A stretch of DNA of 64,000 nucleotides from positions 1,981,129-2,045,128 of the forward strand of contig BCIN01000001.1 of assembly GCA_039545335.1 (NCBI GenBank), given 5' to 3'. How positions within the stretch are numbered: position 1 is the first letter of the stretch; each line of letters begins with the position of its first letter. A model generated the notes under the pieces. That model was not told the DNA's origin. It searched no databases and worked only from the letters and a program-made list of their open reading frames with translations. Both the position numbers and the translations under genes were made by a program. Source of the DNA: Kondoa subrosea (lineage: Eukaryota). This document shows, piece by piece, positions 1 to 12,054 of this stretch.

Positions 1-5
1 GACCT

Positions 6-2593
6 ATGGCAAAGCACAAACGAAGTGTTTCCATCCCTTCCACTGTCCAGTCAGACAATATCACTATCGTACCTCTAAGATCAAGAAACCGGTCAAGGAT
101 AGAATCAAATGATGGGCAATCGATCAATCTTGGTACTCCGCCTCGGATGCCTCGACCTTCTCCTTCCGAAGCTTCGATGGATCGCCGTATTATGGACGCT
201 ACATCCCTCGTATCAAATAGTCATGACAAATCATTAGAAGTATATCCGCAAAAAGCAGTCGCAAAAGCAACTTCTTCCACTGTGTCATTTGTCAGCGATT
301 CAGCGGAAGATTCGGATGAGAGGGCTTCGCTTACATCCTCGAAACGCGTGAGGAAGAAGAAACTCAAGCGTCGAAGTAGAGTGGTGTCGATGACGACCGA
401 TTCAAACGCCCTCACAACTTCACCAATAAGCTTGAGTGGGTCGATGGTGCAAATACCCAATAGCCCTGTCAATAGCCCTGTCGAGAGCGTGCCGCCCTTA
501 TCACCTACCTTTTCTTTGAACTCCAGAACGTCAACGCAACAGAATACATCGCCAACGCCTAGAAGAAGACCTCTTTCTTTCAGCATGATGCTTCCGACTC
601 GTTCACCTTCCCTGTCTTCTTCGCGACCATCAATAGCTCAAACACAATCTGACCTGGTCGCTTCTCGCCCGTCAACAGGCTGGAAGAAATTTCACCGACC
701 TTCATCTTCAATTGGTTCTATTCCAACATCAATGTCATCTTCGACCCCTTCTTTACCTCTCGAACCAGCGCAAACTACTACTTCCGGACTGTTCGCTCGC
801 GCTAGAGCTTTCTCTCGAGCTCGCTCTCCTCCTCCACCTGTTCCACCTGTTCCTTCAGTACATGCACATCATCAACAACCTCTTTCATCTATGCCAAAAT
901 CATCTTCTGTAGCATCCACCCTTTCAGTACAGTCATCAGCATCTACTATCAGACCCACTAATCAGCGACAGCATTCAGCATCTTCTCAAACCAAAAGTTC
1001 ACCTTTCTCACACACGTTTGATTCCCCTCTTTCCAGTCATGTCTCAGATTTCGATACCATCAACGAAGCTCACGAACCTACGACACCTATCAAAGGTAAA
1101 GCTCTATCACGAACAACTTCAGCCAAGCACGATTTACCTCCTCTCAATCTTCCACCTATTCAACTTGTCACAAGAGCAGGAAGTAGTGAACAATTATCTG
1201 TTAGGACTCCTTCTCGACTAGCTCCGAATGGTCAAGCGCTAGATCCTACTCCTTCTTACTTCCCTTCACCTTCCAACAGCCTCAAACGACCCCTTACTAC
1301 AACAGCGACCTCTCGACCTAATTCTTACTTCACAATCGGTACTTCTTCGGGTGGGAACATCTCGCCTGGTAAAGATATTGCGCCTATAGAAGCTGGAAGA
1401 GGTTCACCAGTCATGAGAAGAGTTAGTTTGAGCGATCTAAGGATCCCAAGCAGGATTACGAATGCTCAAGCGAGGATTGGTCAAGATTTGAAAAGGGTTA
1501 AAGAGTTCAAAGCTGGTGTTGAAGGTGAGCATGGTATCGCTGCTATGCTGCGATATGTAGCTGAAGTGTCGCCATGGTGTTCATAGAGCTCAAAGAACTT
1601 CGCAAAACTTATCAATCTCTCATGTCTGGAGCTACTGCCACTGTATTCAATGCAACACCAGATATGGTCAAAGAAGGTACATCGCCTTCTCCTCAATCCC
1701 ATCCTCCTCCTCCAGCAGCAACTTCAGTCAAATTAGAAAGTGCAGTCAAGCGAATCGAAACTCAATATGCAGTGCATTGGGAATGTTGCGATGTCCTGAT
1801 CGATCTAGCTGATGGAACCGAGGATGAAACTCCTGCTGCTGTAGCTGCAAGAAGAGAACGCTGCGTTTCAATGATGCCCATCGGTGGTGGTGCAAGTCCA
1901 GCTCGAAATACATCAGCAACAAGTCAACAGGCTACTGCTGAGTTAGAAGCCTCTTTGACCGAAGAACCACTACTTTCACCTCAATTTCGGCAAATGGAAT
2001 TGTTGCAAGGCATGTTGGGTCAAACAATGTCCAGGGCAAGCGAAAGTGATCTCAAACCTATTTCGAGACCGTCTCCACCAAAAGTCGTCATTCAGCCTGC
2101 TCCGACATTACCTCAAGAAGTTCAGAGCAAGCTTCAGAAACCGCAATCGAAAGGGCAAAGGACAAGTATCTTCAGCATACGGAATTTTTTGGTCAATTTG
2201 AAAAGGGAATCGATCAAACCTTCTACCTTACAACCCAACTCGTTTCAGCTGGAGAAAGAAAGAAGAGCAGTCAGCGATCCATTACGAAGTAGCGTCAATG
2301 CATCACCAGCAATTTCAAGCGCTTCCGATTCAGACGACGAGGAAGAAGAAGAAGATTGGGATCGAAGTTCCGATTCAGATGATACCAGTCGAACACCTCA
2401 TAAACTCAATCTCAGTAGATCAAGAACTATGAGCGTTAAGACTGCTCAATCTAATGCGAATGCTCCTTCTTTTCCTTTGGATAGCAAGCTTTCGTTGACA
2501 ACAGAAGCGATGCCTAGTCTGTTAGCTTATTTGACGGAAGTGAAAGAAAGGTGTTCTTCTTGTTTGACGGAGCTGAGAGGAATCACGGTTTAA
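6..2593 (+). CDS. Ser/Pro-rich low-complexity hypothetical protein with a C-terminal helical region (2 exons; may start upstream of the window)
   Basis: ORFs 6..1586 and 1574..2593 join in frame across a GTGAGC..CATAG intron at 1525-1586 (...KEFKAGVE|ELKELRKTY...). Confidence 0.75.
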
Positions 2594-2825
2594 AGGCTTG
2601 GTGTATATGGACAGTATGAAGGTTGTAATCGTCGTTTTTTGTAATATGCATAAATCACTTTAGGTCAGATATAGTAAGGAAGGCAAATGCAGGTCATAAT
2701 AGCAAGATAATAAAGTACTTTTATTGCCCCCTTCGCTCGTTACTTCGTTATTGCGTGTATGGTATTACTCATGATTGTACTTCACATTGTCCGTTCTGCC
2801 TCGCCTGATCTTTCGCCCGTTGTCA

Positions 2826-3230
2826 TCAGATTGCCCCTGCTCCCATGTGTGAGTATTATCACAGGCCAGAAGCTACCGAGACTCACCTCGCCGCTTTCTC
2901 GAACCACATCTGCAGCAGATCAAGCTAGAGGATCATCAGCATTCCGCTAATAGTATAACTCATATAGTCTTACTCTCCAATAGCTCTGAAGATAGTAACC
3001 ACTGGAGAAAGATTTCTAGCTCGTTGATTGTCAAAAGAAAGGGATGTATTCCGACTTACAAACAGAAGTAATTCCTCCCACAATCGTCTTGAGCAAGTTG
3101 GCAATAGCTTGAAAGAAAGCGTTGATGGCATTTCCAATTGCAGCGAAGATTGAAGCGACAGCACTGTTCAACCAAGGGGAATAAGCAATCTCGACAATTA
3201 AATCAGATTCAATAGGCAGACTAACCCCAT
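2826..3230 (-). CDS. 61-aa amphipathic microprotein with predicted N-myristoylation and a Cys/polybasic tail (5 exons)
   Basis: Exons 3230-3226, 3163-3060, 3001-2974, 2924-2887 and 2836-2826, all with GT..AG introns, splice to MGAVASIFAAIGNAINAFFQAIANLLKTIVGGITSVLVTIFRAIGDLICCRCGSRKRRGAI*. Confidence 0.8.
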
Positions 3231-3775
3231 GACAAGATTTCGTTTGAGTTGTTCCGAACTAAAAAGATAGAAAAGTTTAGATATCCGCTCGTTGCTAGCA
3301 GAGAAAGAGAAGCCAGAGCGAAAGGAACGTGAACAAAGGGTTTCATCTTCCGACAAGATGACGTCAAAGAATAGGAGGTTTGTGCAGTACGGACAGGCGG
3401 CACGTCTACAAGAGTCCAGCGAGAGCACCAGACATGTATTGGACAGCACGCAGGCTGAGACATTTTGTAAAGGCGAAGTGAAGAGTAGCGCGAAAAGACG
3501 AGAAGTGAAGGAGAAATGCGAAAAGCGTCGATAGAAGGCTCAGATATCTCGCTGGTCAGTCTACTAACAATGCGTAGGACGTTAAAGACCAACCTGGAAA
3601 TTTTCTTACTAAGCAAGTTTTCGGCGACATGTGAAAATATGCCTTGCCTCGGATCAGCCATACTTTGCTTGCTACCTACGCTTGAGGTCTCGTTATCAGA
3701 CTGCTACATATCTGTGTCTTGAGGAAAAGGCATCAACTCGAAAGAGCATCAAATTCCTAGATTGACAATTTGGAC

Positions 3776-4826
3776 ATGCCAGAGTACAAGGACTGCGTCT
3801 ATTACGTCTCGGGAGGAGCATCTGGTCAGTCTCTTGTCTTTACAACTTCTATAAGCATTGATGTTTTGCAGGCCTTGGTCTCGCGACCGTTCATTCTCTC
3901 CTCAAGAAAGGTGCACTCGTTGCGTTGCTGGACATCAATGAAGAAGCTGGCAAATCTGTAGAGAAGGAATTCGGATCTGATAAAGTCTGCTTCTCGAAAT
4001 GTGATGTTAGAAGCGAGGAGTCCTGTCAAGCTGCTATTCAACGGACAGAGAAAGCGTTCCCTAATGCTAAGACTAGAGGGTGCATTAACTGCGGAGGCGT
4101 AGGCTATTCAGAACCTAGTGAATTCTTCCTGTTTAGTATACCTCCCTCTCAAAGCTGACTCTAATGAAGCTGTTCGAAAGGATGGAACGCCTTTTGTGTT
4201 GGATCACTTCAAGACTGTAGTCGACATCAATCTCATCGGCTCTTTCAATCTATCGCGACTAGTAGCCTCGCGTATCGTCTTGCAGAGCCCTAAATTACAA
4301 AAACCTGCGGGTCTGGCCGAATTGGTCAAGATGGACCCTTTCCCTACTGCTATTCCAGGCGCAGTGAATGAAGACCGCGGGATTGTGAGTCACTGTTTTT
4401 TTTTCGACTCGAATATACGCTTAATGTGCTTTCGTAGATCGTATTCACTTCTTCAGCTGGTTAGTCTCCTGCCAATTGCCTTCCGTTCGTAATAACCTTG
4501 TCTTGAAAGCTTCAACCGATGGTCAAGATGGTCAGGCTGCCTACAGTGCCTCGAAAGCTGGTCTAAACGGAATGGTACTACCAATGGCAAGAGATCTAGC
4601 CAAATTCGGTATTCGAGTGATGAGCATCGCACCTTCAGCTTTCGATACAGCTATGGGAAGCGCTATACCTATCAGAGCAAGGGCAAACTTGCTCATGAGC
4701 ACAGTCTTCCCGCCTAGAAGTGGTCATGCGTCGGAATTCGCTCATCTGGTGATGGCAATTATTGAAAATCCGATGCTTAATGCTTCTGTTATTCGCTGTG
4801 ACGGAGGCAGTAGGATGCCTAAGTAA
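3776..4826 (+). CDS. Short-chain dehydrogenase/reductase, 3-hydroxyacyl-CoA dehydrogenase type II (HSD17B10-like)
   Basis: VSGGASGLG Rossmann motif, INCGG, DINLIGSFN, catalytic GQAAYSASKAG (YxxxK), RVMSIAP and C-terminal IRCDGGSRM; several introns. Confidence 0.9.
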
Positions 4827-5120
4827 GAAGCCTGTCAAATAAACACAATCCTTTCATGCTGATTCGCTTCATTCAGACTTTAATCCACATATCCGAAACG
4901 CACGCTGGCCAGTGCTTAGCCGTGAACACAACTTGTATCAGCATGTCAAGAGACGCTGACCATGCCTGAACATCCCTGATCTGGACTAGAGAGTTGAAGT
5001 CTTAAAACCGTAATACTTTGCCGGACGAAATTCAAGGGGAAGTATGTAATACTAAGATGCATTGAATGATGGTATATACTGTACAAGTCCTTCATAATCT
5101 CGCCGAGCATAATCGATGAC

Positions 5121-5636
5121 CTATTGCTGTTTCTTCGTCTCGCGAGGTGATGATTGAGCAGGAAGCCACTCGACAGGATTGGATCTGAAGGATTGCCAAG
5201 GCGGTACGACAGCCTTATAGCAATCTTTAACGTGAATTCGACACCTCATTTCGAAGACTCACTAATGCGGTAATTAGACAACCCACTGCAAATACTCCTA
5301 GAGTGACCAACAGGCTTTGGGTAGCATATCCAGCGACGAAGGAGAGGATCTACATCAACCAAAGATTAGTATAATGAGAGGTGCTTTGAACAATCACACG
5401 CACGCCAGTCACAGTCAGAAGACCATGATTGACGTGCTCTGCTCGCTTTTGTCCTGTGTCCTCAGTGTCAGCTAGTATCAAGGCTTATCAGTCAGCTGCT
5501 TCACCAGCAAAGTCCTATTTATGCGAATTTAGTCAAAACGCATTGATCCTCCTGCGACGTCTCTCACAATCTTTCCTTCCGTCTGCTGTTTGATGTATGT
5601 GACTGCCTTGTTGATCAACTCGTCTATGTTGTCCAT
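5121..5636 (-). CDS. SPC1: Signal peptidase complex subunit 1 (SPC12 family)
   Basis: Spliced product MDNIDELINKAVTYIKQQTEGKI..GQKRAEHVNHGLLTVTG..ILSFVAGYATQSLLVTLGVFAVGCLITALV..VVPPWQSFRSNPVEWL: two TM helices plus the family PPW..NPVxWL motif. Confidence 0.85.
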
Positions 5637-6345
5637 TGCTGGTGCCTTGAAAGCAAACACTGGCCTAACCGCAACTTGATTGAGACTTCATGCGACGTTG
5701 CCTTCGAGACTCAGATTCTCAATGTGGTAGCATGTCTTCCTTCCGCGAGGAGCGGATACATGCTAGCAGTGCTGCGCTTGCTAGCGGAACGGCGGCTTCA
5801 AGCTTCATTCCCGTACTCCATGTATGTCCTTTCACACCATCGCACATCCACTGGAGTCGGAGCGGAACCTTTCACCTCGTGTCTGATCTCGGTTATGACC
5901 TTATCTCGTGGCTGGCGCGTGAGTTTCTGTCTGAACCTGAGCTGATCTTGCTGACTAAGCGTCCGTTTGACTTGGGGAATCGCGTCGCGGCAAGGGATCG
6001 ACGTTTTTGAGTTCGCTGTGATGTGCACGGTTGGTTCCGACCAGTACTAACAGCCTTTGGCGCCCTGAACCCCCGCCGTTTATTACCTGTGAAACTGTAT
6101 GTCGCAAACTTCACATCGTTCCATGCCAATAACAACCGCCCTTTCCCTTTTGCTTTCGACCATATTATTCTCTTCTGCCAACTGGTCAACTTGAAATCTA
6201 TTCCTTCTCTTCTCATTGGGCATTCAGGTATGTTTCTTCCACCATTCCGACCGTGCCATACTGAATTTTTCTCAGGCGGGTTTCATTGCATCTTAACACT
6301 GGGTTCTTCTCTGCACATTCACAATTCACTCTCTTTCTTCAAATC

Positions 6346-7134
6346 ATGAATACCATCCATCCCAAGCATGCAGAAGATCTCCGCGCTCTAGCACTGTCGC
6401 CTTTCGCTCTGGCCGAAAACCAAAACCTCAATCTACCTATCCAGACTATGGCTATCTCGATTGGACAGGATGAAGAGGAATACGAATGGTCTTACTCACC
6501 TTTATCCTCACCTCAAGTCACTCCAACTCCGGTCAAGTTCAATGATGATCTGAGCTCTTTCCCCTTTCCTTGCACTCCTCCTTCAAAGTATTCACCTGAC
6601 TCGACGGATTCTGAGCACGACTCTTTTTTTTCCAGCACTTCTTCGTCTTCTTCCCAATCCTCTATCCTGTCGGAAGACTCAGCCAAAATGGAACTTCAGA
6701 CTTCTTCCTCTACTCTTCCACCACCTCTCATGCGCACTTCTTCTTGCCGATATGCGCCTTTCGCTTCCGGTCCAGCAGCCGTGATGATGTCAGACACAAG
6801 ATTAGGGGGAACGGGTATGGTCAGGTCATATAGCAATCCAGTTCACTCTCTTCAAGAAGCTCGATCTTTAGCCATGGCGTATGCTGAAGAGGCAGTCGAA
6901 TTGAAGCGCAATCAATCTTCGCCCCATTTACATGTTCCAGCTCGTACTACAGATCAACTTCCTCGTACTCTGTCTTCTGGTTCAATCACAGCTTCTGCTC
7001 TTCGCAATCAATCCACTTCTCTTTTCCGTCAAGCTCCTCAACCTTTCACACCTCTTGAACCTGTTTCACCTCCTCGCAATGGTCGACCAGCTCTGGGCCG
7101 CTTCTGCAGCATGCCATTGGTTATGGTCGATTGA
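6346..7134 (+). CDS. Ser-rich disordered hypothetical protein
   Basis: Single open frame from ATG 6346 (MNTIHPK) behind a CT-rich leader; several RxxS motifs; no recognisable domain. Confidence 0.6.
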   Translation: MNTIHPKHAEDLRALALSPFALAENQNLNLPIQTMAISIGQDEEEYEWSYSPLSSPQVTPTPVKFNDDLSSFPFPCTPPSKYSPDSTDSEHDSFFSSTSSSSSQSSILSEDSAKMELQTSSSTLPPPLMRTSSCRYAPFASGPAAVMMSDTRLGGTGMVRSYSNPVHSLQEARSLAMAYAEEAVELKRNQSSPHLHVPARTTDQLPRTLSSGSITASALRNQSTSLFRQAPQPFTPLEPVSPPRNGRPALGRFCSMPLVMVD

Positions 7135-7435
7135 AAGGACAGGTCAAGCGGGAAAAACAAGCATTTTTCAGAGATCATTCATTCATCTCACCATATCAAG
7201 ACCAAGGACATCACAAGGGGGAGATCGCGCATTCACATCAGGGAAACATGCTTTACATTCATCTCACTCATGGCTTTTTTCCGGTATTCCAAGACTCTCA
7301 CTCAACTCACTGTGCATATTAATAATTATCTTAAAATTGGTTCATAAGGGGTTGTCAAGTGTATTCCATAGTGTGTTTATCGCAATGCAAAGTTTATGTA
7401 TATGAGTACTTTTGGAAGCCATTCCCGCTTTCTTC

Positions 7436-8900
7436 TTATCGCCTTTCTTCATCTTCCTCGTCTTCCTCATCAAAAAGACTTCTTGCTTCTTCAGCGTCCC
7501 TTGGCAATCCAACGAATCCATCAGCTCTTCTCGTTCCTCTAACACGCGCCAACAGGCTCTTTACGCCTTCCACCAAAGTCACAGCGGAGATGATCGCCAT
7601 ATCCTGTTCGGGACGCGTTCAAAAAGGCAGAGTCAAAAAAAGTGTAATTTAAGCTTATGAGAACAAACAAAGACCACACCATGCCTTACCTTTAAAAAGA
7701 CCAGACCGTTTTTCACGACGTCCTCGATCCTAATTAACGAAGGAAGTAATTCTAGCGCCGAGGAGCGGTCTTCGCGTAATTTGCGGTGTAGTACCCCTTT
7801 TGTGTTAAGGTAGATTCCGAGTTCGAGGCGCTCTCGTTAAGTGTGGAGCTATATAAGCTTACCTAGGACAAAATAAGAGACTAGTACGAGTCCGGCTCTT
7901 CGAAGTAGGATAGATCAGGACTTCGTCATTTGAGCTGAAGTCCGAGCCAGACTTACATGCTGACAAGAATAGTGACGAAGGAACCAAAGAAGCTCCTACT
8001 CGATTTCGTACCGCATGCAGCTGTAGTAGGCCATTCGACTTGAAAACCTGTTTAGTTGGATTTCTGCATGGAAGAGTAGAATGCTAACAATAGTAAGAGC
8101 AATCGTTGATGCTGCCAATGAAACTAGGCTTCCCAAGTCCAGATTCCATAGAGCAGGGAAACTATATTGTCTAACTGCTACACAACTAAACATTGGATGT
8201 AAAGAGTAGAGACATACATTAATAATAGAAGACCTTTGATTTCTTCCGCCAGGACAGTCTGAGCCTCCAGTATAGAGAAGGCTGACACCATGATCTTGTA
8301 CTCGTAGTGTAGTATTATATGCTCTGCACAAAAATCATTGAGCTCGACCTAGTGAATGTAGTGGACAAACTGACCCAAGACTTTGCCCTCCTCTGTTCTG
8401 ATTCGGTGGTCCTTCAAGATAAACTTTTCCAGACGACGTGTAAGGAATACATTCGCAAGGAAGAAAGCAGATAAACTCACTTCCTATCGTTTCTGGCGAA
8501 GGCACATTCCATGTCTCTCCCAATATTTGATGACAGACATTCAGCCTTCAGCCATAGTAATAAGTATATAGTAGAAGAAGATCGCAACACGTGAGAGCTC
8601 ACCTGAACTCTGAGCCAGATTCTGGATCTTTGACCTTCCACTCATTGTCTGATCCAAGCATGAGCCGCCAGACGACGAAGAAAGAGAAGTAAAGACTGAC
8701 CTACACTTGTTCTTATCAAGGGAGATAGATCATAATGCGTTTCAATAGAGTCGGTCACTCGACATGATGATGCGTCATTGTGCACTTCCTTTCGCACTCA
8801 TCAGAAAGAGATAGGAATGAGCAGGAAAGAGAGATACAGCTAGAATAGAGGAGCAAAGAGACAGGTAACCCAAAGCAGTTGCAGCCAGCCGAGACTTCAT
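7436..8900 (-). CDS. Mannose-6-phosphate receptor homology (MRH) domain type I membrane protein, Mrl1-like
   Basis: Spliced model: signal peptide MKSRLAATALGYLSLCSSILA, then CRVTDSIETHYDLSPL, LNVCHQILGETW, LLYTGGSDCP, RSSIIN and AAC, a TM segment, and an acidic tail ending LFDEEDEEDEERR*. Confidence 0.8.
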
Positions 8901-9004
8901 GCGGAAATTCGAAACCAAATTTATAATGGTCGTCGTTTTGAACCGTCAAGAAGAGGAGTCGCATCAAGGTTGGAGCAGTTCTGTGAACCTCGTCTATGTA
9001 ACCG

Positions 9005-9612
9005 ATGGCGCAAAAGGCATCAACAGGCAATAAGCCAGCTTCCGCTCGTTGGGCTTTGATACGAGATTTGCATGCATCTGCAGGGTCTACCTTGAGCAAA
9101 GTTCGACTAGTTGGGCGGTCAGCCTCCTTTTCTTGATCTACTTCTCTACTTTATATTCATTCCCTTTCCCCTTTTTTTGCTTTTGTATGAATTGCAGTGT
9201 TCTGGCAATCGATGAACCTACTTCCTCTATCTTACTCGAACATGATGGTTATTCTGTTCTGGTTGATTTAGCATTATGTCTCGCTCGAAGAGAAGAAGGA
9301 GCTATTCAATACATGCCGAGGTTGAAAACATTGCTTTCAGTTATGGGTCACATTGAAGAGAATGTCAAAGAGGTCAGTCCTTCTGCTTTTGCCTCGTCAA
9401 CATACTTATATAGATGTTATGATACAAAGACAGGAGAAGGCCTGAAGCTTCCTTTACCGATACTTAACCTAGCCTACCCTTCTCCGCAATTGATTACCAA
9501 TATCTATATCTCTGCTATACTGATGGAAGATAAGACCGGATTGGATATGAAGCTTTGGAAAGAGGCGGTGGACAGTAGGAAAGCCTATATCGCAGAACAT
9601 GGACTGGGTTGA
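9005..9612 (+). CDS. TEN1: Telomere-capping CST complex subunit Ten1-like OB-fold protein
   Basis: Small spliced protein with KVRLVGR|VLAIDEPTSSILLEHDGYSVLVDL, LSVMGHIE and ISAILMEDKTGLDMKLWKEAVDSR, matching the Ten1 pattern (KVRxxGxV..VxGYxE..LDxxLYxxAxxxR). Confidence 0.65.
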
Positions 9613-10132
9613 TCAGGAGAAGTTGCGTTGAGCGATTCGCTCAAGTCCTTCGAGACACCCGGGGGGATGGTTATCTTTTTACATGCAAAAGGTAAGCTGG
9701 CTTTTGTATCTGTACTTCTTGGCGAGGCTGATAGCCTCTTAATAGCACAGCCGTCTTTAAAGTTGCGATGACGCTGTTGAACAAAAGCTCTCGAATAATA
9801 CAGTAGGAGGTCACCGGACCGCTTTTGATTAGAGAAGCGTGATCCGTACATAGTAATAACATAGCCTTGTACGTTTCGAGCGTATTGCGTGAAGCCGACT
9901 TCCCGGGTCATCACCTCGTTGACCTCTCTCTAAAGGCTCTTGAGTTTCCCCTAAGAACTTCCACTTCAAGACCAGATAGGTAAGCTGCGAAGGAGCTACA
10001 CATGTCTATCAGCGTTGAAGGCTGACTTGAAGCTCTCTATCTCCTCCTTCCCAACCTTTCTCACTTTGTGCATTTCTCGATCTTTCCATGTCAACTTTAT
10101 TCCGTCGCGGTCTTTCTTCTACTGCAGCCAAA

Positions 10133-11487
10133 ATGACAAACGGTTAGTCTACGTCAAGGTCTATAGTCACTCAGAACAGCGCAGCTGAGCTCCGACACGT
10201 CATTTCTTTCATTCAATAGTATTGTAGGTTTTTTTCATATTGTCCCCCTTTTGAGCTCTATGCTGATCTGCACGCTTGTCGTCAGCTTCGATATTTCCTC
10301 CAATGGCAAGCCAATGGGCCGAATCACCTTCAAGCTTTACGATGGTCAGTGCTCCTTGCATCGCTTGGTCGATTTTTCATTGGCTGCCTAATCTGATCTT
10401 CGGTGTTCAGACGTCGTCCCAAAGACCACTCGTAACTTCAAGGAACTCTGCACCGGCCAGAACGGTTTCGGTTACGAAGTGAGTCTGTGCTTCATTTGCT
10501 TTGGAAGCGGTACTGATGTATACTTTGATAGGGCTCTGCTTTCCGTACGCATTCCGTATTCTTATGTTTAAATGTCATAATCTAACGAAAGCATTGTAGA
10601 CCGTGTCATTCCCGTAAGTCGAATGCGGTGTCAACAGTGTATGAAGTGCTGACAGATTCCACTTGACAGGAATTCATGTATGTCCTCGCAGGATCGCTGT
10701 GTATCTCAGCTCAAACCGTGTCGGACATACAGGCTTCAAGGTGGTGATTTCACCAGAGGTAACGGAACTGGTGGAAAGTCCATCTACGGCGAAAGTGCGT
10801 TTCTCTTCTCTCAAAACCTAAATCAATTCTCTGATCGTGATTACAGAATTCGCTGATGAGAACTTCCAGCGTGCGTCGATTGATTCGCCGGATTGCTAAA
10901 TCTTACGTAATTCCCATTGACGCACAGTCAAGCACACCAAGCCTGGATTGCTCTCCATGGCCAACGCCGGTCCTAACACCAACGGATGTACGTTTAGTAG
11001 CTCTGTTGAGAAGTGCCACGCGCTAAAAGAATTTTTGCTTGCTACAGCTCAATTCTTCGTGAGCAAAGTTTTCGCTTATGCATGGCATTTCCCCTAAACA
11101 TTTACGGCTCTTTAGATCACTACCGTGAAGACTTCATGGCTCGATGGTATGTAACAAGCATACCCGTCCCAAACCTTAGCTGATATATACTTGTCTAGGC
11201 AAACATGTCGTTTTCGGTGAAGTCACGTATGTTATGTTTTTTCTTCTTGCTCAGCACAGCTGAAAAGATTTCCACGCAGCGAGGGCATGGACATCGTCAA
11301 AAGTAAGCATGATTTCCTTCCCTTTTCGGTCAGAACTAAATATATTGCTTGTTCAGACATCGAGAAGCTCGGTACTTCCTCTGGAAAGACACGTGAGACT
11401 GTCAAGGTGCGTTTGAGCTAGATCGTTACAAGGTTGTCGCCGATGGACTGCATTTACGCACAGATCGAGAAGAGCGGAACCCTCTAA
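10133..11487 (+). CDS. CPR1: Cyclophilin A peptidyl-prolyl isomerase (16 exons)
   Basis: Splices to [113 protein letters not shown]. Confidence 0.97.
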
Positions 11488-12054
11488 ATGTAGAATCGAT
11501 CGGATTTTCAACAATATATAGGGCAAACAAAGCATGTTCTTTTCGTCAATGAAATAGCATATGAACAGTCGACATCATTTGCTCCTATTTGTTCTCTGTG
11601 CTTTACTCTGCCTTCATTTCTTGTCCTGTTCTCTAGCGGATTGATCTCTTTTACCTTAACCTTCCTACTGCTAGAGTGACAACATCTTTTGTTTCTGAAG
11701 GAAGCATTCTGCCGAAGACTGAAGCTATTTGCGTCAAAATTCTTCTCTGCCATTTCCACTCTCTTTCGCTTCAGATTTCCGCTCCACAGGACGACATAGA
11801 TCTCCGCGAATGTGTTATGTTGCCGCTAGTAGTCAATGTATAGCAATAAAGTGAGAGGCAAGCCAGTGAATTGCTACCATAGACATCAAAGGAAGAGGGA
11901 GCAATTCTGATTCTTATGCAAAAACAACATCGAATACTACAAAGAGAGAAACGCTAATTGAATTACAGCCAATTCACTACTCTTGCCGGGGGGAGATACT
12001 TCATTCACTTAACAACATCACTTGCCCACAGCCGTTCCTTGCCTTATCGATCAA

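Noticed and set aside
3221..3661. 146-aa minus-strand ORF as a gene
   Set aside because: No domain features; it covers the promoter/5' UTR of the better-supported 61-aa spliced gene.
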